Shown here: piece after piece, positions 9,273 through 18,048 of the stretch | Layout: every line of letters begins with the position of its first letter | How positions within the stretch are numbered: position 1 is the stretch's first letter | Source: Candidatus Methanoperedens sp. | GTDB taxonomy: Archaea; Halobacteriota; Methanosarcinia; Methanosarcinales; Methanoperedenaceae | Reading direction: 5' to 3' | NCBI GenBank assembly: GCA_041494705.1 | Contig: JBGQBI010000005.1 | Coordinates: 180,001-212,000, forward strand | Length of the DNA: 32,000 nucleotides | Notes under the pieces: model-generated | Told to the model about the DNA's origin: nothing | Database searches by the model: none | The model's input: the letters and a program-made list of their open reading frames with translations, nothing else | Position numbers and translations under genes: made by a program

Positions 9273-10217
9273 CTATTGATTCCCTAAAGCGCTTCTGACT
9301 GCCGCAACCACACTGTTCTTTGAATTATAAGCAGGTTTCCAGCCAAGTTCCCCCAGCTTCTCGATGGATAAGAGCATCCTGGGCACATCTCCTTTCCATC
9401 CTCGTTTTCCACCTGTATAACTGAATTTTACGTTTCTTAAGCCCATCTCTTTGACCACGATTTCACCTATCTCGGTGGAATTTATAGTATCGTTTGAGCC
9501 GATGTTGAATATATTTACAAATTCATGACTGTTATTTACTGCATAAAGAATCGCATCAATGCAATCCGAAACATGAATATATGATTTTCGCTGCTGCCCG
9601 TCGCCAAGGATTTCAAGCGTCTGTGGATTATTTCTTAATTTTTCTATGAAATCTACGATTATTCCATGCGTCCCCCGCTCTCCAACAATATTCGCGAACC
9701 TGAAAATCCATGAATTCATATCGAAGCTTCCGCAGTATGAAGTGATGAGAGCTTCGCAGGCAAGTTTTGAGGCGCCGTACAGGGATATCGGGATAAGGGG
9801 GCCGTAATTTTCAGGCGTTGGAATAATCGCAGCCTCGCCATATATGGTAGAGGTTGATGTGAAAACGATATTCTTTTGCTTATTTATCCGCATGGCTTCA
9901 AGCAAATTGTAAGTCGCGATAACATTCTGCTCAAGATGGATTTTTGTATCGACCGTGCCGAGGCGAACATCGGGATTGGCAGCAAGGTGATATATAAAAT
10001 CAGTGCCCTGTATTGCTTTCTTGAGTTTTTCAGTATCCAGCAGGTCAAGTTCAATAAATTTAAAATCAGGATTTGCAATATTTTGTTCAAGAAATTCCAT
10101 TCTTCCGGAGCTCAGGTTATCTATGACTGTCACTTCATTCCCTCCGGAAAGCAGCCTGTCTACCAGATGGCTTCCGATAAAACCTGCCCCTCCGGTTACA
10201 ATGATTTTGTTTTGCAT
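9273..10217 (-). CDS. NAD-dependent nucleoside-diphosphate-sugar epimerase/dehydratase (extended SDR)
   Basis: 314-aa ORF with the motif VTGGAGFIGSHLVDRLL at the N-terminus and the catalytic YGASKLACE (YxxxK). The stop codon directly abuts the NMD3 start at 9272. Confidence 0.85.
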   Translation of the reverse strand: MQNKIIVTGGAGFIGSHLVDRLLSGGNEVTVIDNLSSGRMEFLEQNIANPDFKFIELDLLDTEKLKKAIQGTDFIYHLAANPDVRLGTVDTKIHLEQNVIATYNLLEAMRINKQKNIVFTSTSTIYGEAAIIPTPENYGPLIPISLYGASKLACEALITSYCGSFDMNSWIFRFANIVGERGTHGIIVDFIEKLRNNPQTLEILGDGQQRKSYIHVSDCIDAILYAVNNSHEFVNIFNIGSNDTINSTEIGEIVVKEMGLRNVKFSYTGGKRGWKGDVPRMLLSIEKLGELGWKPAYNSKNSVVAAVRSALGNQ

Positions 10218-10296
10218 TAGATTAAAACCTCATTTAATAGCTAACAGTGGGATTATCAAATCATAAATATTGTGGAAAACGGTACGGGTATTTATT

Positions 10297-11736
10297 TTAT
10301 ATTTTCGCTATCTTTTTCATTATTTCTTCATACAATTTGCACCATTCGTCAAACCCGCATCCTGAGTTTGACGGTAAGCCGTCCCTGAATTCGCGGACCA
10401 TGTTAAAATACCCATCCGGGAACCACGGCGCTTTGAAATCAAACTGGTCAAAGTCTCCCCAGTCTTCAAGCGTTTCAAGAGGTTTTAACCCGTTCTCAAG
10501 CGCCATCTCATAGAGTTTCGTATTCGGGTATGGAGTAAAAAACGACAGCAGTATATCAACATGTTCCGGTTTTCCCTTCTCTCCGTATGCGCAAATGATT
10601 TTATGGATTTCGTTTAAAGTGCTTTTTACCTCTTCCTTTGCATCCACGCCCGGAATACCGACCATGAACGAGCCGCGGATGTCGATATCATGTTTTATGC
10701 ACTTATCGATGCAGGTTTTAATCTGGCTAACCTTTGCGCCTTTGTTCATCGCATCCAGCGCATCCTGGAGCCCGCTTTCAAACCCGATGAAAATCTCGTG
10801 TATTCCGGCTTTGCGGGCAAGCGCCCACAGCTCATCATCCATGCGTGAAAGCCTCTCCATCCTGCCGTTGACGCTCGTGAGACGAATGCCGGGGTCTATC
10901 TCAATTAAAAGCTCACACAATTCTTTCAGACGTCTTGAATTCAGGAAGAAATCACTGTCCCGCATCATGAATGTATCGATATTGTAGGTCTTTGTCAGAT
11001 ATTCGAGTTCCGAAACAACTTTTTGCGGCTCAAGTCCTGACCAGCGCCTTCCGCAAAAGACTGGTTCGGAGCAGAAATCACACCCCGAAGCGCAGCCCTG
11101 GCTGGCGTAATAATCAAGGCAGCGTGAGCCGAATTTATAACCCTTGATGTGCCGCTCAACATCCACCATATCATAAGGAATCGGCGGAAAATGATTTATA
11201 TTCTCAAATTTCCGGTCAGGGTTATTTATGATGCGACCTCCATCTTTGTATGATATCCCCGGAATCCCTTGAAGCGATTTATTATCGCGAAGCCTGTTCA
11301 CCACTTCTTTAAAAGTAATTTCGCCCTGTCCCCGTACAACTATATCGATACAGGGGTTTTCCAGTGTTTGCACTGGTTCTGTTGAGGGGTGATAACCTCC
11401 CCATATAACAGGAAGCGCTGGATATTTCTCTTTGACAGCGGCGCAAACGTCAATCCCGTCACGAATCTGGTAGCATGTCATGCTGCTGACTGCCAAACAG
11501 AGCGCATTTTCGCACGCTGTGAGAATCCGCTCTTTATAATCGCTATCTACCACAGCATTGATAATCTTAACATCGAAATCGTTTTTAACCATTCTTGCGA
11601 GGGCAAGAAGCGAAAGCGGAACATTGACGAGCGGGACCTGAAGGGATGTGGTTTGTTTGTTTATGATAGCAACAGGATGTTTTACAGGCATCGGGTTGAA
11701 CAAAATGATGGTGTTTTTATCTTTTTTCATGCTCAT
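10297..11736 (-). CDS. B12-binding-domain radical SAM protein (class B)
   Basis: 479-aa ORF. The N-terminal region is a Rossmann-like cobalamin-binding type. The radical-SAM cluster motif is ASQGCASGCDFCSE (CxxxCxxC). Substrate unknown. Confidence 0.85.
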   Translation of the reverse strand: MSMKKDKNTIILFNPMPVKHPVAIINKQTTSLQVPLVNVPLSLLALARMVKNDFDVKIINAVVDSDYKERILTACENALCLAVSSMTCYQIRDGIDVCAAVKEKYPALPVIWGGYHPSTEPVQTLENPCIDIVVRGQGEITFKEVVNRLRDNKSLQGIPGISYKDGGRIINNPDRKFENINHFPPIPYDMVDVERHIKGYKFGSRCLDYYASQGCASGCDFCSEPVFCGRRWSGLEPQKVVSELEYLTKTYNIDTFMMRDSDFFLNSRRLKELCELLIEIDPGIRLTSVNGRMERLSRMDDELWALARKAGIHEIFIGFESGLQDALDAMNKGAKVSQIKTCIDKCIKHDIDIRGSFMVGIPGVDAKEEVKSTLNEIHKIICAYGEKGKPEHVDILLSFFTPYPNTKLYEMALENGLKPLETLEDWGDFDQFDFKAPWFPDGYFNMVREFRDGLPSNSGCGFDEWCKLYEEIMKKIAKI

Positions 11737-11838
11737 GGGGTTATATCTAATAATGCCTGTTTCGATTTATAATATTTGCATAATGCCGAAAAACATAACA
11801 AAATTATAAATATATTATTTAATAATACTTGTCCTCTT

Positions 11839-12192
11839 ATGGCATGGTTCGAAGTGGATATATTCAACAGGTGTGCTGAGGTTGACCTGCACGATTATTC
11901 CCGCATGACCGCCATCCAGGTTGCGCGCGAGAAAATAAAGGAGGCTTATGAACATGGTTTCAGGTATGTGAGGTTAATACACGGCGCTTCGAATATCAGG
12001 CATAAAGAGGATGGCGGCAGTATCAAATTCGCATTGCGTTCCATGTTAAATAACGGAGGACTTAATAATTGGGTGGAAGAGAAAGGGTCAAAGAATCACA
12101 GGCTAAGGGAAGAATCCATGATACTTGCGCTTCGGAAAAATCCAAAGCCTGTGGATGGGGAATGGAAAGAGATGCCGATGGGTGAATATTGA
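11839..12192 (+). CDS. Small stand-alone Smr-domain-like protein
   Basis: Pattern EVDLHDYS...A...I......GFRYVRLIHGASN matches the Smr LDLHG / (I/V)IHGxG architecture, with Asp in place of the Gly of LDLHG. The track starts at TTG 11776; I prefer ATG 11839 (MAWFEVD...). The last codons and stop lie inside a repeat element. Confidence 0.5.
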   Translation: MAWFEVDIFNRCAEVDLHDYSRMTAIQVAREKIKEAYEHGFRYVRLIHGASNIRHKEDGGSIKFALRSMLNNGGLNNWVEEKGSKNHRLREESMILALRKNPKPVDGEWKEMPMGEY

Positions 12193-12306
12193 AGGAATCA
12201 AGTAAGGATATTCGACCACAGAGCACACAGAGAGCACAGAGAGTTCTCCCTTTTCTCAGTGTCCTCTGTGCTCTCAGTGGTTTTTCAAACCAGAAAATAA
12301 ACTCTC
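12180..12306 (+). mobile_element. MITE-like element, family A, copy 1 (left terminus missing or degenerate)
   Basis: It aligns with 17870..17995 and with the reverse complement of 30080..30205. The shared core is GTAAGGATA(T/A)TCGACCACAGAGCACACAGAGAGCACAGAGAGTT...TTTCTCAGTGTCCTCTGTGCTCTC(A/T)GTGGTTT. The right end is ...AAACTCTC. Confidence 0.7.
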
Positions 12307-12354
12307 GTAATAATACCAAGAGGCTTTTTATCTCCAAACCGCATCTTAAGCCCA

Positions 12355-13344
12355 ATGATATTCGAAAAAGTCCCAACAGTCCCGACAGCAGAAGAACTCC
12401 TTGACAAATCCTTCCGGCGCGCCACAAGAGCCAAGCGCGGAAAGCAAATCCTTGACCGCGATTCCAAGCTGAAAGCCGAGGAATCCATGCTGCTGACTGC
12501 TGCAAACATACTCACCGATAATCTTGTGAGCATCGTCAGGAAATTCCCGAGCTTTGACCAGATGCCCCTATTTTACCTCGATCTTGCCGAGATACTCGTA
12601 GGAGTCGAAGAGATGAAAATGAACCTTGCATCCGTCCAGTGGGCCGGGGGCAAAATTCACGAGTTGGCAAGAAAGTATGTTGGCATGATGCGCGATGCCG
12701 ATGATGCAAAGGTGGTGCGCAAGCAGGCTTTCGGCCGGATATCCTCGATAGTTGATAGCATTGACGGAAACCTGCGCTTCCTCAATGATGCCCGGAATAA
12801 ACTTAGAAAGCTGCCTGCCATTGATGATTCCCCGGCACTTGTGATTGCAGGTTACCCCAATGTTGGTAAATCCAGTTTCGTGGCGCTTGTCAGCAGCGCG
12901 CGACCCGAGATAGCCCCATATCCTTTTACCACAAAAGGGCTTGCTGTGGGGCATTTTACAAGGAACGGTATCCGGTATCAGGTCATCGATACCCCGGGGC
13001 TGCTTGACCGACCGCTTGAGGAAAGGAACGAGATTGAACTTCAGGCAATATCAGCCCTGAAGCATGTGGGGAAGGTCATTCTTTATATCATAGACCCTTC
13101 GGAGACATGCGGTTATACCCTGGAAAAACAGATGCATCTTCTTGAGGAGATAAGAAAAGAGTTTGCTGTGCCAATACTGGTTGTGGCAAACAAAACCGAT
13201 ATTTCAAAATCCCAGGAGGGCTTTGATATGAGCATGTCCACGCTTACCGGTGAGGGTGTGGAAGCGGTGCTTGAGAAGCTGTTCGGAATGGTATTGGAAG
13301 CAAATATTAACCTTTCTTCTTCATCAATTCCCGCATCATCTTAA
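12355..13344 (+). CDS. NOG1-family GTP-binding protein
   Basis: 329-aa ORF with the typical archaeal Nog1 N-terminus [24 protein letters not shown] motifs are [11 protein letters not shown] (G1), DTPGLLDRP (G3) and NKTD (G4). The 3' end overlaps the convergent thiC gene by 38 nt. Confidence 0.85.
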   Translation: MIFEKVPTVPTAEELLDKSFRRATRAKRGKQILDRDSKLKAEESMLLTAANILTDNLVSIVRKFPSFDQMPLFYLDLAEILVGVEEMKMNLASVQWAGGKIHELARKYVGMMRDADDAKVVRKQAFGRISSIVDSIDGNLRFLNDARNKLRKLPAIDDSPALVIAGYPNVGKSSFVALVSSARPEIAPYPFTTKGLAVGHFTRNGIRYQVIDTPGLLDRPLEERNEIELQAISALKHVGKVILYIIDPSETCGYTLEKQMHLLEEIRKEFAVPILVVANKTDISKSQEGFDMSMSTLTGEGVEAVLEKLFGMVLEANINLSSSSIPASS

Positions 13345-14578
13345 TCGAACAAAGCTCTCCGCACATGCTGCACGTATCCGCGTTCCTGCTCCGTGCATGA
13401 ATCTCCTTTGCCTTCTCGCTGTCAATCGCAAGCCCGAACTGCCTGCTCCAATCCAGGTCCCTGCGCGCCAGAGCCATCTCGCGGTCAGAAGCGCGCGCCC
13501 TTTCCCGGACGCCTTCTTTCACAAGGTCGGCAGCATGCGCTGCTATTCGTGTAACGATTGTGCCCTCCTTGATGTCCTCAACATTCGGAAGCGCGAGGTG
13601 TTCGGCGGGCGTGGTCATGCACAGGAAATCCGCGCCGTGCATTCCTGCGACAGTTCCGCCGATGGCGGCGGTAATGTGGTCGTAGCCGGGCGCAATATCG
13701 GTGACTAGCGGGCCAAGAAGATAAATCGGCGCATTACCAGTAAGGTGTTTCATTGCGGTCACGGATAACCCTATCTCGTCAATCGGGACATGCCCTGGCC
13801 CCTCAACAATTGTCTGGACACCGGCTGCCCTGGACTTTTTCACAAGCTCGCCGAGAATAATAAACTCCTCGAATTTCGCCCTGTCCGAAGCATCATTGAT
13901 GCAGCCCGGGCGCATGCCGTCGCCAAGGCTGATAGTCAGGTCGTATTCCCTTGCAATCTCAAGCAGGTAATCATATTCGGAATAAAACGGGTTCTCCCTG
14001 TCATTATGTTTCATCCATGCTATTGTGAAAGCGCCTCCGCGGCTCACCACGTCAAGTATCCTGTCGCTTTTTTTCAGGCGCTCAAAGGATGCAAGCGTCA
14101 CGCCTGCATGGATTGTGACAAAATCGATGCCGTCATCCGCATGCTTTCTTACCGCATTGAACATGTCGTCAGATGTCATATTATCGATGCCTTTTCCTGC
14201 GGCCTGGTATATCGGCACCGAGCCCACAGGAATGCTCACCGCGTCGATAATGCGTTTCCGTATCAGGTCGAGGTCGCCGCCGGTGGACAGGTCCATTATG
14301 GTATCTGCGCCATATTTTTCAGCGGTTTTTGCTTTTATGACCTCAGTCTCGATATCAACATAATCCCTGGATGTGCCCACGTTTGCGTTAATCTTGGTAC
14401 GCATTAATTTGCCGATGCCCATGGGTTCGGATTTGCTGTTGATATTTTTAGGGATAACGACCAGCCCCTGCGCCACAAGGTTTCTTACAACATCGGCATT
14501 GACTCCCTCTTTTTCAGCAACTGATTTTATCTCCTTTGTCACGATTCCGGCGTGAGCCATTTCCATTAAAGTTGTCAT
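13307..14578 (-). CDS. thiC: Phosphomethylpyrimidine synthase ThiC
   Basis: 423-aa ORF with highly conserved ThiC blocks ([58 protein letters not shown]). The C-terminal cluster motif is CSMCGELCS (CxxCxxxxC). Confidence 0.95.
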   Translation of the reverse strand: MTTLMEMAHAGIVTKEIKSVAEKEGVNADVVRNLVAQGLVVIPKNINSKSEPMGIGKLMRTKINANVGTSRDYVDIETEVIKAKTAEKYGADTIMDLSTGGDLDLIRKRIIDAVSIPVGSVPIYQAAGKGIDNMTSDDMFNAVRKHADDGIDFVTIHAGVTLASFERLKKSDRILDVVSRGGAFTIAWMKHNDRENPFYSEYDYLLEIAREYDLTISLGDGMRPGCINDASDRAKFEEFIILGELVKKSRAAGVQTIVEGPGHVPIDEIGLSVTAMKHLTGNAPIYLLGPLVTDIAPGYDHITAAIGGTVAGMHGADFLCMTTPAEHLALPNVEDIKEGTIVTRIAAHAADLVKEGVRERARASDREMALARRDLDWSRQFGLAIDSEKAKEIHARSRNADTCSMCGELCSIKMMRELMKKKG

Positions 14579-16206
14579 TCTTTCCTCGACCCGAACATTT
14601 TATGATACCATTTCATTTCATGTTTTGTCCTTGGTTTTTTTACGCTTTCCTTGCCAGCTTGTTCTTTTTTTGGTTCAGTCTTAACTTCAGCTTCCTGCGT
14701 TTGCGGTACTTCTTTTATCTTCTCCGCAGCTTGCGCTTTAACGACCGGCACACTTGCTCCGCCGTGCTTGCTTTTCCGCGTCCTGATATCCACCAGTATC
14801 GGGCGTTCGATATACGTGCTGACTATCATCGCCACGCCCGGCGAAAGGCGTTTGATGTCCTCCTCGACGTCGGAGCTGATACCTTCAAGACCTTTGCTGA
14901 TGGCTTTCAAATCATTTGGATTTGTCACCTTCATTATTATCTGCGTATTGCACTGCGAGAGGATGTTCTTATCCACACGTGCAGGGCGCTGCGAAACAAC
15001 CATGAGCCCGAGACCGAATTTCCTTCCTTCTGAAGCTATTGTGCGAAGAATATCCGAGCTTACGGTCCTATCGAATCCTTTTTCAGGGCAGAAATTATGC
15101 GCCTCCTCCAGAACCAGCATGCACGGAGGTATGGTATTGAGTTTTCGCGCTTCGAAAATATCGGTGCATAATTTGGACACAATCATTGCCTGGAGGTCGG
15201 GATTCACGCCTTTCATATCAATGATAGAAGCCCTCCCTTCCTGCACGAGTTCGTTGATTGTAGTGGCTTTATCTGACAATAATCCTGTTTCCCGTAGCGT
15301 TTCAAGCTTATTGATTACGTTCCATTTGACCTTGCTTTTATTCTGCCCCACTTCAAAAATGATATCATCAATCGTATATTTCTCTTTTTCAGCCTTGAGT
15401 TTTGAAACCGCTTCATAAAGTATGCCTGTCTCGTTCTGCGACCTGTCTTCAGAGAAAAGCTGCGTGAACTCTTTTATGCCAAGGTTTATGCCGTTTAACC
15501 TGAAAAGGGCATCAGCGGCAGGATTAAGCAGCTTATTTGCGGGGGTGTACACTGTTACCTGTGTGGCATAACCTTTTGGCGTAATACCGTATCGTTCAAA
15601 AGAAGCGGGTTTATCATCATTCGGGAATTTCAATGCCGAATATTCACCATGCGGGTCAATTATCAAAAGCGGCACGTTCTTATCGAGAAGTTCTTCAAGA
15701 ATAACTCCTCCTGTATAGGATTTCCCTGCGCCGGTCTTTGCAAGGATGCTGCAATGCTTCTGCACAAGATTATTGGCATCGAGATTTACATGGACATTCT
15801 GCCCGTCAAGCAGCCCGATATAGACATCCCCGCGCATCAAGCCGAGTGTCTGTTTAATGAGCAGCTCATCGGCTTTAAAGACCTTGTCCCCGGGACTGAA
15901 CGGGGATTTGGGGGCGCGAAGCACCCCTTCCTTATCCCGGACTCCTATCACGGTTGCGTCTGCGAGGATATGTTCATTCATGTCGCCTATATTCGATGAG
16001 CCTTCCGCTACATCTACCGCTTCTTCAACCGAAAAATCCTCGTTTGAGCTTGTGATTGTTGAGACCTGTCCAAGAGTCCAGCCGTCGGATTCATGCCAGA
16101 CCTTGATGTAATCCGACCTTCTGGTTGCCAGGCTGTCAGAAACCGCGAACTTGAAATTCAAGGAGCTTGTTTTTCCGAATATTACGCCGATTGAGTCCTT
16201 CGCCAT
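14575..16206 (-). CDS. HerA/FtsK-superfamily ATPase (DUF87-type, HerA-like)
   Basis: 543-aa ORF. It has an N-terminal beta-barrel-like region, Walker A in [15 protein letters not shown] and Walker B in [10 protein letters not shown]. The tail is Lys/Glu-rich ([40 protein letters not shown]). Its stop overlaps the thiC start as ATGA. Confidence 0.8.
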   Translation of the reverse strand: MAKDSIGVIFGKTSSLNFKFAVSDSLATRRSDYIKVWHESDGWTLGQVSTITSSNEDFSVEEAVDVAEGSSNIGDMNEHILADATVIGVRDKEGVLRAPKSPFSPGDKVFKADELLIKQTLGLMRGDVYIGLLDGQNVHVNLDANNLVQKHCSILAKTGAGKSYTGGVILEELLDKNVPLLIIDPHGEYSALKFPNDDKPASFERYGITPKGYATQVTVYTPANKLLNPAADALFRLNGINLGIKEFTQLFSEDRSQNETGILYEAVSKLKAEKEKYTIDDIIFEVGQNKSKVKWNVINKLETLRETGLLSDKATTINELVQEGRASIIDMKGVNPDLQAMIVSKLCTDIFEARKLNTIPPCMLVLEEAHNFCPEKGFDRTVSSDILRTIASEGRKFGLGLMVVSQRPARVDKNILSQCNTQIIMKVTNPNDLKAISKGLEGISSDVEEDIKRLSPGVAMIVSTYIERPILVDIRTRKSKHGGASVPVVKAQAAEKIKEVPQTQEAEVKTEPKKEQAGKESVKKPRTKHEMKWYHKMFGSRKE

Positions 16207-16428
16207 TGTGTATCAAAATTAATTCCAGAGAGTATTATACTTTCTCTAAGTTAATCTGGATAGGGAATTTTGATTCGCGTTTTCAAACAGTTATGGCATG
16301 TTGCGATTTGAAGACAAGGTCTCGTCTATCAGCAAAGAAAAACCATGGAATAAAAAAGTAAATGGGGTATTTTGGCCAGCCATTCCAAGACGGCATAATT
16401 CCTTAGTCTCTGGCTGCCAAAAAGACCC

Positions 16429-17676
16429 TTATATTCTCCGTCTCATCATGTATGCAGCAGCTACAGTGCCAAGCGCTCCAAGTGCTATCTCAAACCCCGG
16501 TGTTTTTGGGGTTGTGGCTGCAGTTGTTGTTTGTGCTGCTGTTGTTGTTTCTACTGCTGTTGCCGTCGGTGTCGGGGTTTCCGTCCCTACTACGACGTCC
16601 ACCTGGTGCGTTGAGAAATTCGCAATATACATCATCGCCTGTATTTTGTTTCTTCCGGTCATGTTAAGCCAGAAAGAGGATTCTGAAGCATTATACAATT
16701 CCTGTTCAGTCATTACTTCCTTCATCGGTTTATTGTCAAGATACAGGGTTATTTTCTGCCCTTCAATCCATGTGAATGAGGTGTTGTCGAGATTCATAAG
16801 GACGAATTTGCCTGAATGGTTAGAAGAATCTACCATCATTCTCATATGGTTACTCTTTATTGATTCCACTGTGACATTCATATCTTCTGAATAGTTGACA
16901 ATCGAGGATTTATCAGATTCTCCAACTGAGACTTCAGCTCCCGCCCGCTTTTTCATCACTTCTCCCATGAACCGCTCTTCCATATTATCATGGGGCATAT
17001 TGACAGGAGAAGCCCTGAAAACCGTATTCCCCTCATTTGTGTTAATACTGACCTGGCTTCCAGCAATATTTATTGAAGTTGCTTTTTCTGAAACGATGAA
17101 TGCTGTAATGTTTCCTGCTATGATCTTTATGATATTACCTTGTTTTGTTGCACTGACCCCTGTTGCAAGATTAAATGTCAAAGTAGTATTTGCATTGATT
17201 TCGATTACGGCGGCCGGATTATCATGGATATGGATAACGATTGAACCATCTTTATTGGAAATTTTTGTCTCTGCTCCGTTTGTTGTTGAAGCCTTAAAAT
17301 CAAATCCCTGGATTTTTATTGAATCAAAGACAGCGATGCCTGAGATGCCGAAATTCAACACATTTCCAGTGGTATTGTCCACTGAAAAGGTTACGTAGTT
17401 GCCGTAGTTGTTGTCTTCGCGGTGCATGAATCCCATTCCCATCATGCCCTCGTTGTCTCGCATTCTGCTCCCGTTATCATACATTTCGCTTGCTTTTTGG
17501 TGCATCGAGCCGTTGTCGTTATTGCTGGAATCCACCCTGCCCGAATCATTCCTGTTCGAATCATTCCTGCCCGCATCCATACTGTTCCCATTGCCGCTAT
17601 TCATCTCACCGAGAACCGGCAGCGACAGCATCGTTAGTGCAAGAACTATCGCGATTAATTTTATTATTTTATTCAT
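16429..17676 (-). CDS. Secreted surface (glyco)protein with PGF-CTERM archaeosortase sorting signal
   Basis: 415-aa ORF with signal peptide MNKIIKLIAIVLALTMLSLPVLG. A Thr-rich linker (TETPTPTATAVETTTAAQTTTAATTPKT) precedes PGFEIALGALGTVAAAYMMRRRI, i.e. PGF + TM + basic tail. There are many N-x-S/T sequons. Confidence 0.8.
   Translation of the reverse strand: MNKIIKLIAIVLALTMLSLPVLGEMNSGNGNSMDAGRNDSNRNDSGRVDSSNNDNGSMHQKASEMYDNGSRMRDNEGMMGMGFMHREDNNYGNYVTFSVDNTTGNVLNFGISGIAVFDSIKIQGFDFKASTTNGAETKISNKDGSIVIHIHDNPAAVIEINANTTLTFNLATGVSATKQGNIIKIIAGNITAFIVSEKATSINIAGSQVSINTNEGNTVFRASPVNMPHDNMEERFMGEVMKKRAGAEVSVGESDKSSIVNYSEDMNVTVESIKSNHMRMMVDSSNHSGKFVLMNLDNTSFTWIEGQKITLYLDNKPMKEVMTEQELYNASESSFWLNMTGRNKIQAMMYIANFSTHQVDVVVGTETPTPTATAVETTTAAQTTTAATTPKTPGFEIALGALGTVAAAYMMRRRI
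17526..17585. repeat. 15-bp tandem repeat, about 4 units, inside the surface-protein gene
   Basis: The units are TGGAATCCACCCTGC / CCGAATCATTCCTGT / TCGAATCATTCCTGC / CCGCATCCATACTGT. The two central units match at 13/15. They encode the pentapeptide-periodic stretch DAGRNDSNRNDSGRVDSSNND. Confidence 0.6.
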
Positions 17677-17735
17677 ATATTCCCTTTCCTCCTGAATAAT
17701 ATCGTCTTGTATGGTAAATAACCTTTTCGGGAGAT

Positions 17736-18027
17736 GTATGTGTAAAATCTTTTGGTGTTAAATTTCGTCTAAAGTAACTTTGCGCTCCTGGCGTGCTTTG
17801 CGGTGCAGGATTTTCCACCGCAGAGGGCGCAAAGGACACAAAGAATTTGGAGACTTTTTAATTTCTTCTGGGTAAATGAATCCAGGTAAGGATAATCGAC
17901 CACAGAGCACACAGAGAGCACAGAGAGTTGCCGTTTTTCTCAGTGTCCTCTGTGCTCTCTGTGGTTTATAAAATCGGAAAATAATAAAAAGTCTCAGAAT
18001 TTGCTTACACCGCTTTTTTACAGCCCC
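17736..18027 (+). mobile_element. MITE-like element, family B, copy 1, interrupted by a family A element
   Basis: 17736..17849 plus 18004..18027 align with the reverse complement of 27391..27514. The core is an imperfect palindrome: TTTGCGC..TTTGCGGTGCAGGATTTTCCACCGCAGAGGGCGCAAAGG. Confidence 0.7.
17850..17995 (+). mobile_element. MITE-like element, family A, copy 2 (full length, 146 bp)
   Basis: The termini are GAGACTTTTTA...TAAAAAGTCTC, an 11-bp perfect TIR. The element is flanked by the direct repeat AGAATTTG at 17842..17849 and 17996..18003. It has no coding capacity. Confidence 0.8.
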
Positions 18028-18048
18028 GTTCATGGCGGGATAAAATGG

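Noticed and set aside
12062-12505. Minus-strand ORF of 147 aa, plus 17758..18033 (91 aa), sharing the peptide RAQRTLRK..TLCALCVLCGR. This could be read as a small repeated gene family.
   Set aside because: The shared peptide is simply the translation of the family-A and family-B repeat DNA. The ORFs diverge outside the repeats and overlap real genes. The copies differ by indels that do not respect the reading frame.
13307-13344. The 38-nt 3'-3' overlap of the NOG1 gene with thiC, and the 16-nt NfeD/NMD3 overlap at 8232..8247, considered as signs of frameshift or mis-assembly.
   Set aside because: Both ORF pairs are full length with intact terminal motifs. Short convergent overlaps are common in compact archaeal genomes.
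14575-14640. Looked for a TPP riboswitch or leader upstream of thiC.
   Set aside because: The thiC start overlaps the stop of the upstream ORF, so there is no untranslated leader. No TPP-riboswitch-like conserved core (CUGAGA...ACCUGA) is seen.
14651-15418. Long plus-strand ORF (255 aa) antisense to the HerA-like gene. Similar long antisense ORFs occur at 13790..14407, 16298..16894, 16895..17398, 10595..10987 and 29449..29910.
   Set aside because: Each lies wholly inside a well-supported gene on the other strand. Their compositions are low-complexity Ser/Phe/Leu/Cys-rich with no motifs. These are typical shadow ORFs.
16207-16428. Searched around the HerA-like gene for NurA, Mre11, Rad50 or another effector that would make it a recognisable repair or defence module.
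   Set aside because: The 222-bp upstream spacer has no ORF of meaningful size, and the flanking genes are a surface protein and thiC. No partner is identifiable in this window.
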